From Erysipelotrichaceae bacterium (lineage in GTDB: Bacteria; Bacillota_I; Bacilli_A; Erysipelotrichales; Erysipelotrichaceae), in assembly GCA_963676105.1 (NCBI GenBank), contig OY781039.1, forward strand, positions 1,500,001 to 1,532,000: a stretch of DNA of 32,000 nucleotides. Reading direction: 5' to 3'. Positions within the stretch are counted from its first letter, which is position 1. Every line of letters begins with the position of its first letter. The translations under genes and the position numbers were made by a program. Positions 1 to 10,110 of the stretch are shown in pieces. The notes beneath the pieces are model-generated. The model was not told where the DNA came from, ran no database searches, and saw only the letters and a program-made list of their open reading frames with translations.

Positions 1-1
1 T

Positions 2-1315
<1,314 letters not shown>

Positions 1316-1326
1316 GGGAGACATTT

Positions 1327-3819
1327 ATGGAAGAAAAACAATATGATCGTATAAAAGACATAAATATCTCATCTGAAATGAAAACATCCTTCTTGGATTA
1401 TGCGATGAGCGTTATTGTTCAACGTGCATTACCAGATGTAAAAGATGGCTTGAAACCAGTTCACCGTCGTATTTTATATGCGATGAATGATTTGGGAATG
1501 ACTGCAGACAAACCATTCAAGAAATCCGCACGTATCGTTGGGGATGTTATTGGTAAATACCATCCACACGGTGATACTGCTGTTTATGACACAATGGTCC
1601 GTATGGCTCAAGACTTTTCATATCGTTATATGTTAGTTGATGGTCACGGTAACTTTGGTTCTATTGATGGTGATGGTGCAGCTGCGATGCGTTACACAGA
1701 AGCTCGTATGTCAAAAATCGCCATGGAAATGGTTCGTGATATTAACAAAGAAACAATTGATTTCCAAGATAACTACGATGGTGAAGAACAAGAACCGGTG
1801 GTACTACCATCACGTTTTCCTAATGTCCTAGTTAATGGGGCAACTGGTATTGCGGTTGGGATGGCGACAAACATACCGCCTCACAACTTAAGTGAAACCA
1901 TTGATGCGACAATCGCGGTTATGGAAAACCCTGAGATTTCAATTCTTGAACTCATGGAATCTTATATTTTTGGACCTGATTTTCCAACTGGTGCCTTTAT
2001 TTTAGGACGCGCAGGAATACGATCAGCATTTGAAACAGGTCGTGGTTCAGTGGTAATGAGATCACGTGTTGAAACAGAAGAAATGCCTAATGGTAAGACA
2101 CGTTTTATCGTCACAGAAATCCCATATCAAGTTAATAAATCGGTTTTAATTGAGAAAATTGCTCATTATGTCCGTGAAAAAGAAATTGATGGCATTACTG
2201 ATTTAAGAGATGAATCAAATCGTAATGGTATTCGAATTGTTATTGAACTTAGAAGAGATGTGCAAAGTGAAGTTGTTTTAAATCAACTTTATCGTATGAC
2301 TCAACTTCAATCGACTTTTGGAGTAAATATGTTGGCTTTGGTTGAAAATAATCCAAAACAACTTAACTTAAAAGAAATTTTAGAATTCTACGCTTCACAT
2401 CAAGTTGATGTAATTCGTCGTAGAACTGAATATGAACTTAGAAAAGCTCAAGAAAGAGCCCACATCTTAGAAGGTTTACGTATTGCCTTAGATAATATCG
2501 ATCGCATTATTGCTTTAATCAGAGGAAGTAAAGATGATGCTGAAGCAATGTCTGGCTTACAATCTGAGTTTGGTTTAAGTGAAATTCAAGCAAAAGCAAT
2601 CCTCGATATGCGTTTTAGACGTCTTACAGGTTTAGAGAGAGATAAAATTGAAGATGAATATCAAGGATTGATGGTACAAATTGCTGATTATCTTGATATT
2701 TTAGCTAAACCTGAAAGAATTCAAGCAATCATTAAAGAAGAATTACTTGAAGTAAAGCGTAAATTTGGTGATGAGCGTCGTTCAGAAATCATTGAGTCTG
2801 ATTATGATTTTGAAGATGAAGATCTTATACCTAAAGAAGATATCGTTATAACGATGACGTTAGGTGGTTATATTAAACGTACAACCGTTGACACTTACCG
2901 CACTCAAAATAGAGGTGGTAAAGGTGTTAAGGGTATGACAATTAATCAAGATGATATCATCGATCAATTCATCACGATGAATACACATGATTATCTCTTG
3001 TTGTTCACTAACCATGGCAGAGTCTTTAGATTAAAGGGTTATCGCATTCCAAATGCAAGCCGTACTGGTAAAGGATTACCAGTTGTTAATCTAATTCAAA
3101 TGAACCAGGGAGAAAAGGTTAAATCCTTAGTCACGATCAAAGCTGAAGATGCAGTGGGTGAATATTTATTCTTTGTCACACGACATGGTATCGTAAAACG
3201 TGTTCATGTTAGTGAGTTTGAATCAATTAGACAAACAGGTAAGATTGCGATTGGTTTAAAAGAAGATGATGAACTCTTAACTGTTAAATTAACGACAGGT
3301 GAGAATGAAATCATTATTGCTGGTGCCAATGGTAAAGCTGTTCGCTTTAAAGAGAGTGATGTTCGTACAATGGGACGTACTGCTAGCGGTGTTCGTGGTT
3401 TCAATATTGATGATAGCGTTGCGGTTGGTGCTGCAACTGATAAGGAAGGTATGTATATTCTATCTATAACAGAAAATGGTTACGGTAAGAAAACAGACCT
3501 TAGTGAATATCGATTAACAAACCGTGGGGCCAAAGGTGTTAAAACTATTAATATTACTGATAAGAATGGTCCGTTAGTTGAGTTGAAAGCTGTAAATGGT
3601 GACGAAGATTTATTAATGGTCACAGATGCAGGTGTCATTATTCGAATTTCATTAGAGAATGTTGGAGTTTATAGTCGTTCAACTCAAGGTGTACGATTAA
3701 TCAACGTTACAGATGAGCAAAAATTAAGCACTGTCGCAGTGGTTCAAAAAGAAGAAATAGATGAATCAGAAAGCGATGAAAACACAGTTCAAGATACAGT
3801 AGAGGAAAGTGGTGAATAG
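1327..3819 (+). CDS. gyrA: DNA gyrase subunit A
   Basis: 830 aa. Contains the KPVHRRILY motif, the QRDR-like region [10 protein letters not shown] and the active-site context [12 protein letters not shown]-terminal beta-pinwheel repeats and an acidic tail are present. GGGGAG Shine-Dalgarno sits upstream of the ATG. Confidence 0.98.
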   Translation: MEEKQYDRIKDINISSEMKTSFLDYAMSVIVQRALPDVKDGLKPVHRRILYAMNDLGMTADKPFKKSARIVGDVIGKYHPHGDTAVYDTMVRMAQDFSYRYMLVDGHGNFGSIDGDGAAAMRYTEARMSKIAMEMVRDINKETIDFQDNYDGEEQEPVVLPSRFPNVLVNGATGIAVGMATNIPPHNLSETIDATIAVMENPEISILELMESYIFGPDFPTGAFILGRAGIRSAFETGRGSVVMRSRVETEEMPNGKTRFIVTEIPYQVNKSVLIEKIAHYVREKEIDGITDLRDESNRNGIRIVIELRRDVQSEVVLNQLYRMTQLQSTFGVNMLALVENNPKQLNLKEILEFYASHQVDVIRRRTEYELRKAQERAHILEGLRIALDNIDRIIALIRGSKDDAEAMSGLQSEFGLSEIQAKAILDMRFRRLTGLERDKIEDEYQGLMVQIADYLDILAKPERIQAIIKEELLEVKRKFGDERRSEIIESDYDFEDEDLIPKEDIVITMTLGGYIKRTTVDTYRTQNRGGKGVKGMTINQDDIIDQFITMNTHDYLLLFTNHGRVFRLKGYRIPNASRTGKGLPVVNLIQMNQGEKVKSLVTIKAEDAVGEYLFFVTRHGIVKRVHVSEFESIRQTGKIAIGLKEDDELLTVKLTTGENEIIIAGANGKAVRFKESDVRTMGRTASGVRGFNIDDSVAVGAATDKEGMYILSITENGYGKKTDLSEYRLTNRGAKGVKTINITDKNGPLVELKAVNGDEDLLMVTDAGVIIRISLENVGVYSRSTQGVRLINVTDEQKLSTVAVVQKEEIDESESDENTVQDTVEESGE

Positions 3820-3831
3820 CCACTTTCTTTT
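3804..3831 (+). terminator. Intrinsic terminator after gyrA
   Basis: Stem GAAAGTGG (3805-3812) pairs with CCACTTTC (3820-3827). The loop contains the gyrA stop codon and is followed by TTTTCTT. Confidence 0.6.
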
Positions 3832-3837
3832 CTTGTC

Positions 3838-3866
3838 TTGAAATTAACTTAAAGCTTAAGTAAAAT
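3838..3866 (+). promoter_or_regulatory. Sigma-A-type promoter for the serS leader
   Basis: TTGAAA (3838-3843), a 17-nt spacer, then TAAAAT (3861-3866). Confidence 0.5.
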
Positions 3867-3872
3867 AGTGAT

Positions 3873-4071
3873 AAATCGATGAAGGGACTAATCGATACTA
3901 TTCTTGTTTAGAGAGACACTGTTTGGTGAAAAGTGTACAAGTTGTATTGAATTCCATCCCTGAGAGAGAAAATCCGGCCGGACCGTTACCCCTTTGAGTG
4001 ATAATGTTTCACGTGAAACATTATAATTAGGGTGGCAACACGATCAATCGTCCCTGAATAGGGCTTTTTTT
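3873..4071 (+). promoter_or_regulatory. T-box riboswitch leader (tRNA-Ser specific) controlling serS
   Basis: AGAGAGA box at 3910-3916 and GGTGAAA at 3925-3931. Candidate specifier UCC at 3953-3955 is followed by A. F-box CCGTTA at 3983-3988 and a stem III palindrome at 4001-4024. T-box sequence AATTAGGGTGGCAACACG at 4025-4042, whose UGGC (4033-4036) would pair with the GCCA end of a G73 tRNA, as in tRNA-Ser. A short hairpin CCCT/AGGG (4052-4063) precedes a T7 run at 4065-4071. Confidence 0.85.
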
Positions 4072-4093
4072 ATGTTTAAGGAGAACAACAAAT

Positions 4094-5383
4094 ATGTTAG
4101 ACATTAAATTGATTAGAGAGAATCCAGAAATAGTAAAAGAAAATATGCGTAAAAAGTTCCAAGACAACAAACTACACTTGGTAGATGAAGTTTTTGAACT
4201 TGATAAGGAATATCGTGCAACCAAAACAAAAGCTGATGATTTACGTGGACAACGTAATAAAATCAGTAAAGAAATTGGTGTTTTGATGGGTCAGGGTAAA
4301 AAGGAAGAGGCTGAAGAAGTAAAAAAGAAAGTTCAAGCAATTGCGAAAGAATTGGTTGAATTAGAAGCTAACGAAGAACCTTTGATGAATCAAATACGTG
4401 AACGTATGTTGGTTATCCCAAACATCATTGATGAATCAGTACCTCTTGGTAAAGATGATTCTGAAAATGTGGAACGTTATACTGTTGGTGAAGCTGTGGT
4501 AAAACCGTTTGATGTTCCTTACCACGTGGAAATCATGGAAAGTTTAAATGGCATTGATTTAGATAGCGCTCGCAAGGTTAGTGGTAATGGTTTTTATTAT
4601 TTGATGGGAGATGTTGCCCGCTTGCACTCTGGAATATTAAGTTACGCACGTGATTTTATGATCGATAAAGGTTTTGATTATGTTATTCCACCTTATATGA
4701 TTAGGTCAGATGTTGTTACAGGCGTCATGAGTTTCGCTGAAATGGAAAACATGATGTATAAAATTGAAGGAGAAGACCTTTATTTGATTGGTACAAGTGA
4801 ACACTCAATGATTGGTAAGTTTATTGATACGATTATTGATGAAGAGAAACTACCATATTTATATACTAGTTATTCACCTTGTTTTAGAAAAGAAGTAGGT
4901 GCACATGGTATTGAAGAACGAGGAACCTATCGTATACATCAGTTTGAAAAACAAGAAATGATTGTTGTGTGCAAACCTGAAGATTCACCTAAATATTTTG
5001 AACAACTTTATAAAAACACAGTTGAGTTTTTTGAAACCCTTGATGTTCCTGTAAGGGTTCTAGAGTGTTGTTCTGGTGATTTAGCAGATCTAAAATCTAA
5101 ATCAGTAGATGTAGAAGCTTGGAGTCCAAGACAACAAAAATATTTTGAAGTAGGTAGTTGTTCAAATTTAACAGATGCACAAGCTCGTAGACTGCAAATC
5201 AGAGTTCAAGACGAAAAGGGTAATAAATACTTTGCGCATACACTAAATAATACAGTCGTTGCGCCACCAAGAATGTTAATTGCTTTCTTAGAAAACAATC
5301 TACAAGAAGATGGATCAGTTTTAATTCCTAAAGCACTAAGAATGTATATGGGCGGTAAGGAAAAACTAGTCCCTAAAAAATAG
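4094..5383 (+). CDS. serS: Serine--tRNA ligase
   Basis: 429 aa. N-terminal coiled-coil arm (MLDIKLIRENPE...) and class II motifs (FRKE, GSCSN, NNTVVAPPR). AAGGAG Shine-Dalgarno at 4078-4083. Confidence 0.97.
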   Translation: MLDIKLIRENPEIVKENMRKKFQDNKLHLVDEVFELDKEYRATKTKADDLRGQRNKISKEIGVLMGQGKKEEAEEVKKKVQAIAKELVELEANEEPLMNQIRERMLVIPNIIDESVPLGKDDSENVERYTVGEAVVKPFDVPYHVEIMESLNGIDLDSARKVSGNGFYYLMGDVARLHSGILSYARDFMIDKGFDYVIPPYMIRSDVVTGVMSFAEMENMMYKIEGEDLYLIGTSEHSMIGKFIDTIIDEEKLPYLYTSYSPCFRKEVGAHGIEERGTYRIHQFEKQEMIVVCKPEDSPKYFEQLYKNTVEFFETLDVPVRVLECCSGDLADLKSKSVDVEAWSPRQQKYFEVGSCSNLTDAQARRLQIRVQDEKGNKYFAHTLNNTVVAPPRMLIAFLENNLQEDGSVLIPKALRMYMGGKEKLVPKK

Positions 5384-5397
5384 TTTCACGTGAAACA

Positions 5398-5426
5398 TTG
5401 TTGAATACGTAAAGATTATGTATAAT
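5398..5426 (+). promoter_or_regulatory. Promoter for the SRP RNA
   Basis: Extended -10 TGTATAAT at 5419-5426, with a weak -35 TTGTTG at 5398-5403 (17-nt spacer). The predicted start near 5433 coincides with the first base of the SRP RNA closing helix. Confidence 0.5.
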
Positions 5427-5432
5427 AAATAA

Positions 5433-5511
5433 GCTGCCGCAATGCAAACCATCGAACCAGGTCAGGGTCGGAAGACAGCAGCCTTAAGTGGCTCTAGCAT
5501 GTGCGGTGGCC
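5433..5511 (+). ncRNA. ffs: Small (4.5S-type) signal recognition particle RNA
   Basis: Contains AACCAGGTCAGGGTCGGAAGACAGCAGCC (5455-5483), matching the conserved domain IV core ACCAGGUCAGGUCCGGAAGGAAGCAGCC of E. coli 4.5S RNA, including the GGAA tetraloop. The 5' end GCUGCCGCA pairs with the 3' end UGCGGUGGC (two G-U pairs). A T6 run follows at 5512-5517. Confidence 0.85.
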
Positions 5512-5522
5512 TTTTTTATAAA

Positions 5523-5975
5523 ATGAAACATGAAGAATATATGATGATTGCGCTTGAAGAAGCACAATCCGCACAAAAAGAAAATGAAGTACCAATTGGC
5601 GCATGCATTGTAAAAGATGGTGAAGTAATTTCACGTGCACACAATTTACGAGAGACCAATCAAAGTGCAATAGCTCATGCAGAGATACTCGCAATTGAAG
5701 AAGCATGTAAAAAGCTTAATTCTTGGCGTTTAGAAGGTTGTGTGCTTTATGTGACCCTTGAACCGTGTGCTATGTGTGGTGGTGCAAGTGTTTTATCAAG
5801 GTTGGATGGAATTGTATACGGGGCAGATGATCCAAAGGGTGGTTCACTTGGTTCTTTATTCGATTTAACACTTGTTAAAGGCTTTAATCATCAACCATGG
5901 ATTAAGTCAGGAATTTTGAAAGATGAATGCTCACAAATCCTGAAAGACTTCTTTAAAGAAAAACGTGAAAAATAA
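5523..5975 (+). CDS. tadA: tRNA adenosine(34) deaminase
   Basis: Deaminase zinc motifs HAEILAI and TLEPCAMCGGA. The start is trimmed from the track's 5442 to ATG 5523 (MKHEEYMMIALEEA...). This aligns with TadA N-termini and avoids translating the SRP RNA. Confidence 0.9.
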   Translation: MKHEEYMMIALEEAQSAQKENEVPIGACIVKDGEVISRAHNLRETNQSAIAHAEILAIEEACKKLNSWRLEGCVLYVTLEPCAMCGGASVLSRLDGIVYGADDPKGGSLGSLFDLTLVKGFNHQPWIKSGILKDECSQILKDFFKEKREK

Positions 5976-5990
5976 ATAATAAGTTTATGG

Positions 5991-6017
5991 ATGCACCCGA
6001 ATTGTGGGTGCATTTTT
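5991..6017 (+). terminator. Intrinsic terminator after tadA
   Basis: ATGCACCC (5991-5998) pairs with GGGTGCAT (6006-6013), followed by TTTT. Confidence 0.7.
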
Positions 6018-6025
6018 GTTATAAT
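6017..6025 (+). promoter_or_regulatory. Extended -10 promoter element for dnaX
   Basis: TGTTATAAT at 6017-6025. AGAGGAAA Shine-Dalgarno lies upstream of ATG 6043. Confidence 0.45.
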
Positions 6026-6042
6026 AGAGACCTAGAGGAAAT

Positions 6043-7824
6043 ATGGCATACAAAGCACTTTATAGAACATACCGACCACATTCGTTTGATACGGTCGTCG
6101 GTCAAAAACACATTGTACAAACACTACAGAACGCATTGAAACAAAACAAAATATCTCATGCGTATCTTTTCTGTGGACCTAGAGGTACAGGTAAAACAAC
6201 GGTCGCGAAATTAGTTGCGAAATCTGTTAACTGTCTAAATCACGAAAAAGCACCATGTAATGAATGTGAACATTGCATAACAATACAAAACGGAAATCAT
6301 CCTGATGTTATTGAGATTGATGCAGCAAGTAACAATGGTGTTGATGAAATTAGAGATTTAATTGAGAAAGTAAAATATGCACCACTTCAAGCGAAATATA
6401 AAGTTTATATCATCGATGAGGTACATATGCTTACACAAGGTGCGTTTAATGCATTGTTAAAAACTTTAGAAGAACCTCCTCAACATGTAATATTCATTTT
6501 AGCTACAACCGAACCACATAAGGTTTTACCAACTATTATTTCTAGATGCCAAAGATATGACTTTGTAAGAGTTAATACAAAAGATATTCAAGGAAGAATT
6601 GAAGAAGTTTTAAAAGTTGAAAATATAAAGTATGAAGAAGAAGCCACACGTCTCATTAGTCAATTAGCAGATGGTGGTGTTCGAGATGCTTTAAGTATCT
6701 TAGAACAAGTTATTGCTTATAGTGGTGATGAATTAAACACTCAACATGTTAATGATATCTATGGAATTGCGACAACTCAAGATAAGTTAAGATTACTCGA
6801 TTCTATCATTGAAAAAGATGTATCTAAATTAATGAATGAAATTGAGTTTATCACACAAAAAAATATAGATATAAGACGTTTAACAAATGATTTAATGGAT
6901 TTGATTAAAGAATCAATTGTTTATGCATTTACGAATGATAAGAAATTATTAAATAAATTGACTGTTGAAGAAGCAAGCTCATTAAATAGAATTAAACCAA
7001 TCATTGGTTTGAAAATGATTGAAGATTTAATGGATACTGCCGAAAAGTATCGCACAGCATCTGATCTAATGTCTTATTTTGAAATTGGTTTATTAAAAGT
7101 TATGGGACATTTAACTGAAACAGTAGGTGAAACTAAAGTTAAAGACGTTAAAAAAGTAGAAATGAAAGTTGTTGAACCCCAAAAACAAGAACCTATCAAA
7201 ACTAAAGAACCTATGATTGAAAAAGTTGAAGTTATTAAAGAGTCAGTTGTTGAAATAGAAGAACCAGTTCATGAAGAGTTTATTCAAACCAAAGAAGAAA
7301 CTAGAGAAATACCAGTAGAAACAGAAATGCCTCTAGAATTTGACAATCAGACACGTGCAATGAATTTAGATGAACGAGTTGGTTTATTAGTTGCGGGTGA
7401 TAAAGTTATGAGACTTAAATTATCCCAAGATTGGTTAAAAATTCAAGAAAACAAGTTGGACTTAAAGTGGGGTAAAATGGCTCACTTATTATCTAATACT
7501 GAATTAAAAGCAGCGAATGAAACGTTTTTAGCTGTATCACATGAAGATCCAGAAATAGTAAGTGAACTCAATAGTTTAGATCATGAAGAAGAACTAGCTG
7601 ATTTTGCGAAACATGTTTTTGGTTTACATCGCCAAGTGTTTGCGATGACAAACTCGGAATTTAAAGAAACTGTTAAAGAATTTTTAAAACGTCAAGAAAA
7701 TGGTAATTTACCAGAAGCTACAGTTATCCAAAAAAAAGAAGTTAAAGAAGAAACATCAAATACAAGCGATTTAGAAACAAGTGTACTAAATCTGTTTGGT
7801 GAAGAAAATGTAGAGATTATTTAA
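6043..7824 (+). CDS. dnaX: DNA polymerase III subunit tau (gamma/tau)
   Basis: Walker A GPRGTGKTT, a Cys zinc module CLNHEKAPCNECEHC, DEVHML, and sensor SRCQRYDF. A K/E/V-rich linker is followed by a C-terminal tau domain. Confidence 0.97.
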   Translation: MAYKALYRTYRPHSFDTVVGQKHIVQTLQNALKQNKISHAYLFCGPRGTGKTTVAKLVAKSVNCLNHEKAPCNECEHCITIQNGNHPDVIEIDAASNNGVDEIRDLIEKVKYAPLQAKYKVYIIDEVHMLTQGAFNALLKTLEEPPQHVIFILATTEPHKVLPTIISRCQRYDFVRVNTKDIQGRIEEVLKVENIKYEEEATRLISQLADGGVRDALSILEQVIAYSGDELNTQHVNDIYGIATTQDKLRLLDSIIEKDVSKLMNEIEFITQKNIDIRRLTNDLMDLIKESIVYAFTNDKKLLNKLTVEEASSLNRIKPIIGLKMIEDLMDTAEKYRTASDLMSYFEIGLLKVMGHLTETVGETKVKDVKKVEMKVVEPQKQEPIKTKEPMIEKVEVIKESVVEIEEPVHEEFIQTKEETREIPVETEMPLEFDNQTRAMNLDERVGLLVAGDKVMRLKLSQDWLKIQENKLDLKWGKMAHLLSNTELKAANETFLAVSHEDPEIVSELNSLDHEEELADFAKHVFGLHRQVFAMTNSEFKETVKEFLKRQENGNLPEATVIQKKEVKEETSNTSDLETSVLNLFGEENVEII

Positions 7825-8414
7825 TGTATCCAAAGACATTACAAACACTCATCGATGAATTAAGAAAATTGCCTGGTGTTGGAGCGAAAACAGCTGAACG
7901 CTATGCTTTTTCATTATTGTCTCAAAGTGATACAGAGGTTTTGTCTTTAGCTCAAGCTTTAGTGGATTCTAAAGAAAAACTACGTGAATGTGAGACGTGT
8001 GGAAATATTAGTGAACAAGATCAATGTGTTATTTGTGCAAATCCTAAAAGAGACCCATCTATCATATGTGTCGTTCAAGATGAAAAGGATATTATAGCGA
8101 TAGAGAAAACTTCACATTATATGGGTGTTTATCATGTACTTCACGGAGTAATATCAACTTCAAAAGGGATATTACCTGATGACTTAAACATTCCAAGTTT
8201 AATGAAACGTGTAAATGAAAATACAAAAGAAGTTATTTTGGCAATTAACCCAACAGTGGAGGGTGAAATGACCTCACTTTATTTAGCAAAACGTTTAGAG
8301 CCACTCAACTTACAGGTTACCCGTTTGGCAAGTGGTTTACCGATGGGATCACATATGGATTATGCAGATGAGTTAACGCTGATAAGAGCGCTTGATGGAA
8401 GGAAGAAACTTTAA
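7824..8414 (+). CDS. recR: Recombination protein RecR
   Basis: HhH motif LPGVGAKTAER, zinc finger CETCGN...CVIC, and a Toprim region. The start overlaps the dnaX stop (TAATG). Confidence 0.97.
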   Translation: MYPKTLQTLIDELRKLPGVGAKTAERYAFSLLSQSDTEVLSLAQALVDSKEKLRECETCGNISEQDQCVICANPKRDPSIICVVQDEKDIIAIEKTSHYMGVYHVLHGVISTSKGILPDDLNIPSLMKRVNENTKEVILAINPTVEGEMTSLYLAKRLEPLNLQVTRLASGLPMGSHMDYADELTLIRALDGRKKL

Positions 8415-10079
8415 ATGAAAACTGATATTCAAATAGCACAAGAAACAATTATTAAACCAATTAAAGAAATTGTTCAAAAAATAGGCGTTGATGAAGATGA
8501 TGTTGAATACTATGGGAAGTATAAAGCTAAGTTAGATTTAAGTTTAAATGAAAAATATAAAAACAATAAAGACGGGAAAGTTGTTTTAGTTACGGCACTT
8601 ACACCAACTAAGGCGGGTGAAGGGAAATCTACTACAAGTATTGGTTTGGTTGATGGTTTAGCGGCTATTGGCACTAACGTACTTGCTTGTTTACGTGAAC
8701 CATCACTTGGACCAGTCTTTGGTGTTAAAGGTGGTGCAACGGGTGGAGGTCATGCACAAGTTGTTCCAATGGTAGATATTAATCTGCACTTTACAGGCGA
8801 TATTCATGCGATTGGCGCAGCTAATAACCTAGTTGCAGCTTTAATCGACAATCATTTATATCATGGTAATCAATTAAATATTGATCCTGAACAAGTGATT
8901 TGGAAACGTGCTGTTGATATGAATGATCGCGCACTTAGAGAAATTACAATAAGCCAAGCTGATAAAAAATCAGTTGAGAGAAAAGATTCATTTTCAATTA
9001 CTGTCGCTTCTCCAGTTATGGCAATTTTGTGTCTATCAAAGGATATGGAAGACTTGAAAGCGCGACTAGAGAGAACAGTCTTTGCTTATGATAAATCAGG
9101 CAAAGCATTAACTTTAAAAGATCTTGGTGGAGTTGGTTCATTAGTTGTCTTACTTAAAGATGCGATGAAACCAAATTTAGTTCAAACACTAGAAGGAAAT
9201 CCTGTGCTTATTCACGGTGGTCCATTCGCTAATATTGCCCATGGAAGTAATTCAATTATCGCTACAAGACTTGCGCGTAAGTTAGCTGATGTGGTTGTTA
9301 CAGAAGCTGGATTTGGGTCTGATTTAGGAGCTCAAAAATTTATGGATATCACTAGTGTAACGGGTGAATTTAATGCGAATGCAGTTGTCTTAGTCGCGAC
9401 TATTCGTGCCTTAAAATTACACGGTGGTGTGAAGTATGAAAACTTGTCAAACGAAGATGTTGCATCTCTAAACAAAGGTTTAGAAAACCTCGATCAACAC
9501 ATCAATATCATGAGTCAGTATAATGTTCCTATCGTTGTTGCACTCAATAAATTTGTTTCTGATACAGATGCTGAAATCGCCGTAGTTAAGGCGTTTTGTG
9601 AAGCTAAAGGAGTTGCTTTTGCCTTAAATGAATCATGGGAAAAAGGCTCAGAAGGGTCCAAAGATTTAGCAAAAGTTGTCATGTCTTTATTAGAAGAGAA
9701 TAGAGCTTCAAATTCGATATTTAAAGGTGATGAAGAATTAAAAGATAAGATCGAAATGATCGCAAAAAATCTATATGGTGCTAATAATGTTGATTACAGC
9801 GAAGCAGCTGAAGAACAATACAAACATCTAGTCGAACAAGGTTATTCTAAACTAAATATTTGTATGGCAAAAACCCAATCTTCAATCAGTGATGATCCAA
9901 AAGTTTTAGGTAAACCTAAAGATTTTACACTTCATATTGAAGGCTTTAATCTATCTAGTGGTGCAGATTTTGTGGTTGCCTTAGCTGGTAAAATTATGAC
10001 TATGCCAGGACTATCAAAAGATCCTGCAGCTCTACATATTGATTTTTTAGAAAATGGAGAGATTATTGGTCTCTTCTAA
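8415..10079 (+). CDS. fhs: Formate--tetrahydrofolate ligase
   Basis: 554 aa with the PTKAGEGKSTT P-loop and HGGPFANIAHG motif. The ATG directly abuts the recR stop. Confidence 0.97.
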   Translation: MKTDIQIAQETIIKPIKEIVQKIGVDEDDVEYYGKYKAKLDLSLNEKYKNNKDGKVVLVTALTPTKAGEGKSTTSIGLVDGLAAIGTNVLACLREPSLGPVFGVKGGATGGGHAQVVPMVDINLHFTGDIHAIGAANNLVAALIDNHLYHGNQLNIDPEQVIWKRAVDMNDRALREITISQADKKSVERKDSFSITVASPVMAILCLSKDMEDLKARLERTVFAYDKSGKALTLKDLGGVGSLVVLLKDAMKPNLVQTLEGNPVLIHGGPFANIAHGSNSIIATRLARKLADVVVTEAGFGSDLGAQKFMDITSVTGEFNANAVVLVATIRALKLHGGVKYENLSNEDVASLNKGLENLDQHINIMSQYNVPIVVALNKFVSDTDAEIAVVKAFCEAKGVAFALNESWEKGSEGSKDLAKVVMSLLEENRASNSIFKGDEELKDKIEMIAKNLYGANNVDYSEAAEEQYKHLVEQGYSKLNICMAKTQSSISDDPKVLGKPKDFTLHIEGFNLSSGADFVVALAGKIMTMPGLSKDPAALHIDFLENGEIIGLF

Positions 10080-10081
10080 AA

Positions 10082-10090
10082 TGCTATAAT
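10082..10090 (+). promoter_or_regulatory. Extended -10 promoter element for the orphan gene
   Basis: TGCTATAAT lies 3 nt after the fhs stop. GGGAG Shine-Dalgarno at 10101-10105. Confidence 0.45.
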
Positions 10091-10110
10091 TACTAAAAAA
10101 GGGAGTATCT

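Noticed and set aside
4001-4024. The serS palindrome TGTTTCACGTGAAACA as a cre (CcpA), TnrA/GlnR or Rex operator.
   Set aside because: The geometry does not fit. Aligned on the central CG, the arms are one base out of register with cre (TGWNANCGNTNWCA). The TnrA box is 17 nt (TGTNA-N7-TNACA), whereas this is 16 nt. Rex half-sites have the opposite orientation (TGTGAA...TTCACA).
5442-5522. N-terminal 27 codons of the track's 177-aa tadA ORF (MQTIEPGQGRKTAALSGSSMCGGLFYK).
   Set aside because: This stretch is the SRP RNA read in frame. It contains the conserved domain IV core and its closing helix and T-run. The TadA alignment begins at MKHEEY (ATG 5523).
6856-6890. A7 run (CAA AAA AAT, an A AAA AAT slippery-like heptamer) in dnaX that could give a -1 frameshift gamma product ending at TGA 6888-6890.
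   Set aside because: The shift would truncate the protein at ~282 aa, inside the clamp-loader domain III that gamma needs. No downstream stimulatory hairpin is evident, and Firmicute dnaX genes are generally thought to make only tau. It is most likely an incidental A-run in AT-rich DNA.
7130-7340. K/E/V/P-rich quasi-repetitive stretch in dnaX (VKDVKKVEMKVVEPQKQEPIKTKEPMIEKVEVIKESVVEIEEP...).
   Set aside because: It sits where the flexible tau linker between the clamp-loader core and the C-terminal domains normally lies. I could not identify a clean nucleotide tandem-repeat unit.
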